From Heptranchias perlo (taxonomy: Eukaryota): a stretch of DNA of 64,000 nt. Each line of letters begins with the position of its first letter. The first letter of the stretch is position 1. Under the pieces are notes generated by a model. That model was not told where the DNA came from and made no database searches. It worked only from the letters and a program-made list of their open reading frames with translations. Made by a program: the position numbers and the translations under genes. Positions 12,298 through 22,600 of this stretch are shown one piece after another. The stretch spans positions 9,610,001 to 9,674,000 of the forward strand of contig NC_090352.1 of NCBI RefSeq assembly GCF_035084215.1, read 5' to 3'.

Positions 12298-14070
12298 TAA
12301 AAATTCACTCATGGGGTGTGGGCGTCGCTGGCAAGGCCGGCATTTATTGCCCATCCCTAATTGCCCTTGAGAAGGTGGTGGTGAGCCGCCTTCTTGTACC
12401 GCTGCAGTCCGTGTGGTGAAGGTTCTCCCACAGTGCAGTTAGGTAGGGAATTCCAGGATTTTGACCCAGCGACAATGAAGGAACGGCGATATATTTCCAA
12501 GATGGGATGGTGTGTGACTTGGAGGGGAACGTACAGGTGGTGTTGTTCCCATGTGCCTGCTGCCCTTGTCCTTCTAGATGGCAGCGGTCGCGGGTTTGGG
12601 AGGTGCTATCGAAGAGGCCTTGGCGAGTTGCTGCAGTGCATCCTGTAGATGATACACCCTGCAGCCACGGTGCGCCGATGGTGAAGGGTGTGAATGTTTA
12701 GAGTGGTGGATAGGGTGCCAATCAAGCGGGCTGCTTTGTCCTGGATGGTGTCGAGCTTCTTGAGTGTTGTTGGAGCTGCACTCATCCAGGCAAGTGGAGA
12801 ATATTCCATCACACTCCTGACTTGTGCCTTGTAGATGGTGGAAAGGCTTTAAGGCTTTGGGGAGTCAGGAGGTGAGTCACTCGCCGCAGAATACCCAGCC
12901 TCTGACCTGCTCTTGTAGCCACAGTATTTATGTGGCTGGTCCAGTTAAGTTTCTGGTCAATGGTGACCCCCAGGATGTTGATGGTGGGGATTCGGCGATG
13001 GTAATGCCGTTGAATGTCAAGGGGAGGTAGTTTGACTCTCTCTTATTGGAGATGGTCATTGCCTGGCACTTGTCTGGGGCGAATGTTACTTGCCACTTAT
13101 CAGCCCAAGCCTGGATGTTGTCCAGGTCTTGCTGCATGCGGGCATGTCACTCTCACCTCACCTCTGGAATTCAGCTGTTTTGTCCATTTTTGGACCAAGG
13201 CTGTAATGAAGTCTGGAGCTGAGTGGTCCTGGCGGAACCCAAACTGAGCATCGGTGAGCAGGTTATTGGTGAGTAAGTGCCGCTTGATAGCACTGTCGAC
13301 GACACCTTCCATCATTTTGCTGATGATTGAGAGTAGGCTGATGGGGCGGTAATTGGCTGGATTGGATTTGTCCTGCTTTTTGTGAACAGGACATACCTGG
13401 GCAATTTTCCACATTGTCGGGTAGATGCCAGTGTTGTAGCTGTACTGGAACAGTTTGGCTAGAGGCGCGGCTAGTTCTGGAGCACAAGCCTTCAGCACTA
13501 CAGCCGGGATGTTGTCGGGGCCCATAGCCTTTGTTGTATCCAGTGCACTCAGCCGTTTCTTGATATCACGTGGAGTGAATCGAATTGGCTGAAGACTGGC
13601 TTCTGTGATGGTGGGGATATCGGGAGGAGGCTGAGATGGATCACCTACTAGGCACTTCTGGCTGAAGATGGTTGCAAACGCTTCAGCCTTGTCTTTTGCA
13701 TTCACGTGCTGGACTCTGCCATCATTGAGGATGGGGATGTTTACAGAGCCCCCTCCTCCCGTTAGTTGTTTAATTGTCCACCACCATTCACGACTGATCT
13801 GATCCGTTGGTTGTGGAATCGCTTAGCTCTGTCTATAGCATGTTGCTTCCGCTGTTTAGCATGCATGTAGTCCTGAGTTGTAGCTTCACCAGGTTGGCAC
13901 CTCATTTTTAGGTACGCCTGTGCTGTTCCTGGCATGCTCTTCTACACTCCTCATTGAACCAGGGTTGATCCCCTGGCTTGTTGGTAATGGTAGAGTGATG
14001 GATATGCCGGGCCATGAGGTTTCAGATTGTGCTGGAATACAATTCTGCTGCTGCTGATGGCCCACAGCGC
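12298..14070 (-). mobile_element. Non-LTR retrotransposon (LINE) RT fragment with 3' end, internally deleted
   Basis: ORF 13100-13705: KAMGPDNIP, WKIAQVCPVHKK, NYRPISLLS, QFGFR; downstream LQQDLD-like and MEYSPLAW; 3' tail AATAAATGCCGGCCTTGCCAGCG. Confidence 0.9.
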
Positions 14071-14159
14071 CTAATTTCACATAATGTCTGTTAGGTAATA
14101 GACTTTCCAAGTCCCCAAAATAACCACACGCTTTTAAAATTCAACAGAAATTACATCTG

Positions 14160-14560
14160 ACATCGCCTCGATTATAAAATTCTCATCCTTGTTATCAAAT
14201 CCGTCCTTGGCTTAGGCCCTCGCTATCTCTGTAACCTTCTCCAGCCCAAGAATCCTCTGAGATCGCTGAGCTCCTCCAATTCTGGCCTCTTGTGCACCCC
14301 TGATTTTAATCGCTCCACCATTGGTGGCCGTGCCTTCAGCTGCCTAGGCCGTACGCTCTGGAATTCCCTTCCTAAACCTCTTTACCTTTAAGACGCTCCT
14401 TAAAACCTACCTCTTTGACCAAGCTTTTGGTCACCTGTCCTAATATCTCCTTATGTGGCTCACTGTCAAATTTTGTTTGATAATGGTCCTGTGAAATGCC
14501 CTGGGGTGTTTTATTACATTAAAGGTGCTATGCAAATGCAAGTTGTTATTGTTGTTGTTC
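14160..14560 (+). mobile_element. L2-like LINE 3' end
   Basis: YKILILV, GGRAFS, LWNSLP, FKTLLKTYLF followed by TAAAGGTGCTATGCAAATGCAAGTTGTT tail. Confidence 0.75.
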
Positions 14561-16239
14561 CTTATTAAAAACCAGGATTCAAAGTTTTAAACCAACAACT
14601 GGGTTGATTTTCTGCTCCCGTCTACCCATTCTATCAGCAAAAATCGGGACAAGTGGGAACAGAAAACGAGCGGGATCCTGTTCCTGCAGAACTCTGCCCA
14701 CGCTGCACCACGGTATAGTTTCTGGAGTATGGGTCAGTGACTTTGGAAGCACCTGCCTCAAATTGGGAGGGAGGCATAGAAAGATACTAATAGTACAGTA
14801 GTTAAAAATAATAAGATAGAAACAGTCCACAAGGCAATACAATATCCTTTTTAGAACATATTTGACACTGTTTGAAAAGTGCCTGGACTTTCTTCTGAGT
14901 TGAAACAGTCTTTCATAGACCTTCATGGTGCAATATTGTACATGGACAATGCAAATCTCAGCTCATCCACAAAGTTTGGACTTCTAGCCAGAAGTAAGGA
15001 TGAGACAATTGTTCAGGTTTTGGAGAAGAGGACTACTCACTGGTGCCACTTGCATAGTGCGCGTTAGAACCTGTCCATAGTCTTTTCTAGCTGATCTGTC
15101 TTGAGCAGTATCTTTCCAGTTAAACCACTTCACAGAGGCATGAAGGTCATTTCAGTCAGACAAATTTTCCCTACAGCCATCACCTCCTGCACTTCATTTT
15201 AATTGAGGTCCTATACACTATAAGGCGAAGGTGTGCAATATGTGGTTGAATGTGACCTGCAAGGTTCTTCATCCTAGGCTATGGTTCTTTTTGGCATTTT
15301 TGTGGCCTTGTGTGGAAGAAAAAGTGCACCAGGCCAGGCAATAGAAGAGGACATAGGAGAGCAGAGCACATGAGACCAGGAATAGCAAAAAGGTAAATAA
15401 GGTACAATCTTTGGAGTGCCTTTTTGGTGTATGGTGTGCTTGGATTTTTAATGGAGCCCACTGAATGAATGCACCATATCGATCCATCCCCCTGCTCCAT
15501 AAGATTGGCCAACGCTGCTATAAGACAGGCCTATCAAGGATCACCTACCAAAACAACAAGTTTCTTCCTTCTATCCTGTCCTGGAGTGTAAGAGAGATGT
15601 TAGAAGAGACTTCTGAGATATGGAAACGATATCCAAGCCTTGGATAGACTTGGGCTTTATAGAGAGTATATTTTTGAGAAAAGAAACTTTGGGCACAAAA
15701 CAGGAGACCAATTTCTTGGGAGGCAGCTTCAGCAATGAAAGGGTTGTGGGAGTTCCAATTGAGATTACAGGAGTTGGCAGGACCAAGAATGTCAACAGGC
15801 AAAGAGGGCTAAGGATGGTGCCCTTAGTCCCTGTTCACCTAATAACATTCTGGGCCTGACTAACTGCTGAGGCAATGCAAACAAAACTAGGTTGCTGAAT
15901 GTAAAATAGAATCATCAGAAAGAGTGGATAGGTTTGGGCAATGAGTGAAAGATGTCATCCATATAAAAATGGAATAGACCGGGAGAGAGGACAGAACATT
16001 TGAAATCACCTGATAGGAGAAAGAAAATCAGAGAACGCAACATCAACTACAGCACTGACATGATGATGGAAAAAGACAGCAACTGAACTGTGGGGTTTAC
16101 TAAAGGAGGATTTTACAGAGGTTATGACAGAACACCATAGGCAAGGGATTAAAAGAGGCAGGAAGATATAGGAATGGAATCAATTATTGTGGTCCCAGTT
16201 GGTGCCTATTTTCAATTATGGTTATAATGTGTTCTTGCA

Positions 16240-16560
16240 GCTTTTAAGAAGCGGGATTATAGCAGTATTTACGGCCGGAGAACCGTTTTTAAAGGCGGGA
16301 TTATACGAGTATTTACGGGGGCGGTCCAATTATGTTTCAATGTTCTGGAACTCTGACAGTGAATGAGATCATGTCAGTTTCTGGCGGGAAAATGTAACAA
16401 GCGGAGAAGCGGGAGGCAAGAGTCCTGGCGGGAGAGGAGATAGGCTGACTGCCGGGGACTCAGGGCCGAGCCGCTCGTTACATAAAAGTCTATCCATCCC
16501 CCGTGTGAGTGCGGGCCCGCAGCCCCGGGAGACGAGGAGCCCAGTGGCCGATCCCACCAT
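16240..16560 (+). promoter_or_regulatory. RAD51D CpG-rich promoter/5'UTR with E2F-type sites
   Basis: CpG-dense against a CpG-poor background; GGCGGGAAAA (reverse TTTTCCCGCC, E2F consensus) at 16383-16392; further GCGGGA motifs at 16251 and 16295; GC box GGGGCGG near 16317. Confidence 0.65.
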
Positions 16561-16640
16561 GGTGATCCTCAGGGAGGGAATCTGTCCCGGAGCCACCGCG
16601 CAGCTCATCCAGGCTTTAAAAGAACAGAACGTAAGAACAG
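16559..16640 (+). CDS. RAD51D: RAD51D exon 1 ([27 protein letters not shown])
   Basis: Kozak cccaccATGG; donor CAG|gtaggg; 82 nt. Confidence 0.93.
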
Positions 16641-19600
16641 GTAGGGAGCGGCCAGCCTCTGATCCGTGCTACCGGCTCCCTGGTGGGTATACTCACAAAG
16701 AAACAACTTGCATTTATATAGCGCCTTTCATAACGATGCAAAGCGCTTTACGACCAATGAAGTTCTTTTTGAAGTGCAGTCATTGTTGTAATGCCAAATG
16801 GAGACCTTTTTAGAAAGGGGCTGTTATATCACAACTTCTTGCCAAAACCCCGAGTAAGAATAACGTCTGATGCAAGCGGAATCACGCCAGCCTTTAGTTT
16901 GTTGGAATGCATTTGGAAATGGCAGTAGATATCACTGTGTATGGGGTTGGACTGGGTCCAAGTTTTTTTCCTGCCTCCAGGATATCACTAGGCAGGCTCA
17001 TCAGTTCATGGAACAGCAGTTTTCAAACTTTTCTGTATGGGGGTTCTCCCTGTGAAATTGATGCTCTTCTGTCAGCTACCCGAATGCAAACATTTTATTA
17101 GGGGAAGGAAAATAAGTCAACAAGTACAGACATTTGCTGACAGAAATCAAAGAACTTTGGGGGACCCCCTCACTCTGGTTGCCAGCCCTCCAGGATTGTC
17201 CTGGAGTCCCCAGGGAGTAAAGATTAAACTCCTGGGAGCAACCTGGGAAATATAAATATTGCTGTGTTATATAGACCAGGAAGGCCCCAAGCCCTATCCC
17301 CAGTCTGTGCTGAGTTAGTGACTTACAATCAGGCTTACATTCCAGCACCTCCATAATAGGAGTAGGCCATTCAGCCCCTCGTGCCTGCTCCGCTATTTGA
17401 TAAGATCATGGCTGATCTGTGATCTAACTCCATATACCTGCCTTTGGCCGATATCCCTTAATACCTTTGGTTGCCAAAAAGCTATCTCAGATTTAAATTT
17501 AGTAATTGAGGTAGCATCAATTGCCATTTGCGGAAGAGAGTTCCAAACTTCTACAACCCTTTGTGTGTAGAAGTGTTTTCTAATCTCACTCCTGAAAGGT
17601 CTGGCTCTAATTTTTAGACTGTGCCCCCTACTCCTAAAATCCCCAACCAGCGGAAATAGTTTCTCTCTATCCACCCTATCCGTTCCCCTTAATATCTTAT
17701 AAACTTCAATCAGATCACCCCTTAACCTGCTAAACTCCAGAGAATACAACCCCAATTTGTGTAATCTCTCCTCATAACCTAACCCTTGAAGTCCGGGTAT
17801 CATTCGAGTAAACCTACGCTGCACTCCCTCCAAGGCCAATATGTCCTTCCAAAGGTGCGGTGCCCAGAACTGTTCACAGTACTCCAGGTGCGGTCTAACC
17901 AGGGTTTTGTATAGCTGCAGCATAACTTCTGCCCCCTTGTACTCTAGTCCTCTAGATATAAAGGCCAGCATTCCATTAGCCTTATTGATTATTTTCTACA
18001 CCTGTTCATGATACTTCAATGATCTATGTACCTGAAACCCTAAGTCCCTTTGGCCATCCACTATTTTTAACTTTTTACCATTTAGAAAGTACCCTGTTCT
18101 ATCCTTTTTTGGTCCAAAGTGGATGACCTCACATTTGTCTACATTGAATTCCATTTGCCACAGTTTTGCCCATTCACCTAATCTATCAATATCGCTTTTT
18201 AATTTTATGTTTTCATCTACACTGCTTACAATGCCACCAATCTTTGTGTCATCGGCAAACTTAGATATGAGACTTTCTATGCCTTCATCTAAGTCATTAA
18301 TAAATATTGTGAATAATTGAGGCCCCACGACAGATCCCTGCGGGACTCCACTAGTCACATCCTGCCAATGTGAGTACCTACCCATTATCCCTACTCTCTG
18401 TCGCCTTTCGCTCAGCCAACTTCCTAATCAAGTCCGTACTTTTCCCTCGATTCTATGGGCTTCTATCTTAGCTAACAGTCTCTTATGTGGGACTTTATCA
18501 AATGCCTTCTGGAAGTCCATATAAATAACATCCATTGACATTCCCCTGTCCACTACTTCAGTCACCTCTTCAAAAAATTCAATCAGGTTTGTCAGGCACG
18601 ACCTACCTTTCACAAATCTATGCTGGCTCTCTCTGATTAACTGAAAATTTTCGAGGTGTTCAGTCACCCTATCCTTAATTATAGACTCCAGTATTTTCCT
18701 CACAACAGATGTTAGGCTAACTGGTCTATAATTCCCTGGTTTCCCTCTCTCTCCTTTCTTAAAAAGCAGAGTGACGTGCAATTTTCCAATCTAGAGTGAC
18801 GGTTCCTGAATCCAGAGAACTTTGAAAGATTATCTGCAATGTGCTCACCTACTTCCTTTAAAACCCTGGGATGGAAACCATCTGGTCCTGGGGATTTGTC
18901 ACTCTTTAGTGCTATTATTTTCTTCATTACTGTTGTTTTACTTATGTTAATTTTATCGAGTCCATGTCCCCGATTCAATATTAGTTTTCTTGGGATTTCC
19001 GGCATGCTATCCTCTTTTTCTACTGTAAATACTGACGCAAAGTAATTATTGAACATGTGCGCCATTTCCCCATTGTCAATGACAATGGGCCCAATATTAG
19101 GAGGGCGGGGCGTCGACTGGGCGCGTGGGTAGTGCGTCCATTGAAATCAGGGTGCTCTGCACGGAATCGCAGGCTAATTGGATCCACTTACCTGTGCTTC
19201 CAGGTTTCGTCTTGGAAAGCTGCGCAACAGGCGGACTGCGCATGCGCAGCATAGACTGTCAGCTGGAGGAGCCCTATTTAAAGGGGCAGTCCTCCACTGA
19301 CTGCTGTTGCAGGCAATAGGAAAAATTACAGCATGGAGCAACCCAGGGGGAAGGCTGCTTCCAGGTTAATGATGCCTCACTCCAGGTATTACTGGAGGGG
19401 GAGGACAGAGATCTTCCCCCCGGCCTGCCTCTGCCACCAAGAAGGCCTGGCTCGAGGTGGCAGAGGAGGTCACCTGCACCACCAACATATCGCCCACCTG
19501 CATACAGTGCAGGAGGCGCTTCAATGACCTCAGTAGGTCAGCCGAAGTGAGTACACTTACTCATTCCCCTACACTCCGTCTGCCACATCACCACCCCCAC

Positions 19601-22600
19601 CCCACATCTCCTTCTGCACTGCCAACACTACTCTATCACATCACTCCTCACACCCACTCAAAGCTCATCCTCATCTTACCTGCAGTTACTCACCTCGCCA
19701 GTACTCATCCCGCCACTACCACTCAACCCAATCCTCATACAATCTCATGATTCTATCTCATACTCACCCTCTCATGCATCTCTTTCACAGTCAGCCTCAC
19801 TCAACCTGCCACTACCTGTGCTGCAGCCACAGGGCATGCATCACATATGTGCAGTAGGAAGCGTAAGGCAAACGTGTCGTGAGCATGAAGGGGATGCACA
19901 AGGGTGTTTGAGGGTTTGTCATGGTGTTTACCTATATTTAATTTCTGATCAACTCACATTACATATTATATTGTCACCACTACTGCCGTGTCTTTGCAAA
20001 TCTTGTCTGGTTTGTGCAATAATGCCCTTTCCTGAGGATCACCATGAAGACCCACAACTGATGCCACCCATTGTGTCACTGCAGAGTGGGTGTAGGTGTA
20101 TTTGCAGGGCTCTTTTGTGCAGACGACTGAGAGACGTCGGCGATGTCCCCGGTGGCACCCTGGAAGGATGCGGAGGAGAAGTTGTTGAGGGCAGTGGTGA
20201 CTTTGACAGCGACAGGTAAGAAGATGGTGCTCGGGCCAGCCGGGAGCAGCTCGGCATGAAGGAGGCTGCAGATGTCCACGACTACATGTCGAGTGACTCT
20301 GAGCCTCCGTGTGCACTGCTGCTCAGAGAGATCCAGGAAGCTGAGCCTCGGTCTGTGGACCCTGTGGTGAGGGTAGTGCCCTCTGCGACGCATCTCTCTC
20401 TGCGGTAGCCCTCCATTTGAAAACTGCTGTGCAGGTGGATGTGTCACAGCGCTGTGTTGTGGAGCTCCACGTGTCAGAGGTGGACGGCGTGGCCGGCGAG
20501 GCTGGTGATGCTGTTCGTCCTCCGAGGAGGTCATGACTGCAGCCACGGCGGCCCCCATCCGGAAGATGTACATTTGAGGGGGTCCGCAAGGTAGGTAAAT
20601 GTGTCAGGACACCGGGGTAAGTGTGCAAGTTTGTGAATTTTATTGTTAGGAGGAGGGTGGAGGAGGCCAAACTTTGTCCAAAGTGACAGAGTGGCCTCCT
20701 GCAATGAGTGAGGGTCTCCCCACCCCTCCCCCACCTGTCAAATGGACCTTTGCAGCTGCCACAGGCTGGTGGCTGCAACACGTCCATTTGAAATGGGAGT
20801 GTTTCCCCCAGTATGGGAAACAGTCTCAGTTCATTGCAAAACCCACCCCTCCTAAAATGTTTTGTTAATCAGGTTTGTAAACGACCTGAAATACTTTAAT
20901 GAGTACTTTAAGTGGCACCCCGCCGGCATTAATTGCCGCGGGAGTCCCACGTGTGGGGCTGCGCGCACACGTCAGCGCGTCACTGGGGAACCCAGAAGTG
21001 GGTGGGTTGGAGCTGGGCTCCAGACCCGCCCCGGGAATCCCCGATTTTCGCAGCCCCCCCGCTGCGAACGCACCTGCTCGGGGGTGCGAAAATCGAGCCC
21101 AATATCTCCACTTACAGTTTTTAAGGGGCCAACACTGCTCCTGACCACCCTCTTTTTCCTCATATAACTATAAAAGTTCTTTGTATTGGTTTTGATATCC
21201 CTTGCAAGTTCCTTTTCATTCTCTCTTTTTGTAGCTCTTACTATCTGTTTTGTGACCCTTTGTTGATCTTTGTATCTTTCCCATTCGCCAGGATCTGTGC
21301 CATTTTTTGCCTTTCTGTATGCCCTTTCCTTATGTCTTATACTGTCCCTTACCTCTTTCGTTGTCCATGGCTGTTTTTGTTGGCAATTAGAGTTCTTGCC
21401 CCTCGGGTATAAACCAGTTCTGTATCACTTTAAATGTTTCTTTAAACATTTCCCACTGATCATCAGTCGTTTTACCCACTAACAGATTTGCCCAGTTTAC
21501 TGTGGACAGTCTCTGTCTCATCCCATTGAAGTCGGCCTTACCCAAGTCTAGAATCTTAGCAGCTGATTCACTTTTTTCCCTTTCAAACACTACCTTGAAC
21601 TCGATCATGTTATGATCACTATTGGATAGATGTTCATGCACAGTTAAGCTGTTAACTGAATCTGGTTCATTACTCATTACTAAATCTAGTATGGCTTGCC
21701 TCCTTGTTGCCTCTAGGACATACTGCTGTAGAAAACTATCCCGGACACACTCAAGAAATTCACTACCTTTCTGACTGTTGCTAGTCTGCTTTTCGCAATC
21801 TATGTGAAGGTTAAAGTCCCCCATTAAGACCACTCTGCCTTTGTTATAAGCTTGTCTAATCTCTGCATTTATACAATCTAGCACCTCAGAGCTGCTGCCA
21901 GGGATCCTATACACAACTCCCACTATAGTCTTAGATCCTTTCCTATTTCTCAATTCAACCCATAAGGTCTCTGTTGGCTGCTTACCTCTCATTATATCCT
22001 CCTTTATCATTGAAGTGATTTCATCTCTAATCACTAAGGCTACTCCTCCCCCTCTTCCATTTTCCCTGTCTCTCCTGTAGACCTTATAACCTGGTATATT
22101 TAGTTCCCAATCCTGACCATCCTGCAGCCATGTAATAACCAGTGATCTTGCTGGAAAGTGTGTGTGTTATCCATGTTCAAGTAGGCCCCTGATGTTCACA
22201 GTCCAGGCTCACATGAAGAATGAACACTTGGGCAAGGTGCTGAAAGCTGCCTGGCACCAATGGAACACTTGCCTCATTGAGAATCAGCACCTTCCGGAGA
22301 GTAGAGAATTTGGGGGGGGGGGGGGGGGGAGCTTTGTGTAAATAAGTACAGAAATGTTAGTGGGTAATGCAGTGATCTCCTCCTGTTCCATTTGTGGGTA
22401 ATGCAATGATATCCTCCTGTTCCATTCATGGGTAATGTAGTGATATCCTCCTGGTCCATTAGTGGGTAATGCAGTGATATCAGCCTGTTGCGTAAGAGAG
22501 TAATAGTGATATCCTCCAGTTACACTAGTGAGTAAAGCAGTGATATTCCCCTGTTCCATTTGTGGGTAATGCAATGATATCCTCTTGTTCCATTCATGGG

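Larger units (their letters stand above)
19087..21100. mobile_element. PIF/Harbinger-type (PHIS group) DNA transposon, internally deleted, nested in a CR1 LINE
   Basis: Imperfect TIRs GGGCCCAATATT / reverse of AAAATCGAGCCC; 3-bp TSD AAT at 19084-19086 and 21101-21103; LINE sequence is continuous when the insert is removed; convergent Myb-like and transposase remnants. Confidence 0.88.
17355..22134 (-). mobile_element. CR1-type LINE, long 5'-truncated ORF2 copy (APE endonuclease + RT + 3'UTR), interrupted at 19087-21100
   Basis: Endonuclease (MGDFN, SDHNMI; ORF 21387-22034), RT ([49 protein letters not shown]) with several frameshifts. Confidence 0.93.

Noticed and set aside
15100-15900. Cluster of short overlapping ORFs upstream of RAD51D
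   Set aside because: The minus strand has a degenerate LYKAQV.P-type LINE RT motif; likely an old retroelement, too decayed to delimit.
20076-20573. Possible domesticated HARBI1/NAIF1 host genes
   Set aside because: Enclosed by TIRs and a TSD, frameshifted, and lacking the DDE core: a transposon remnant.
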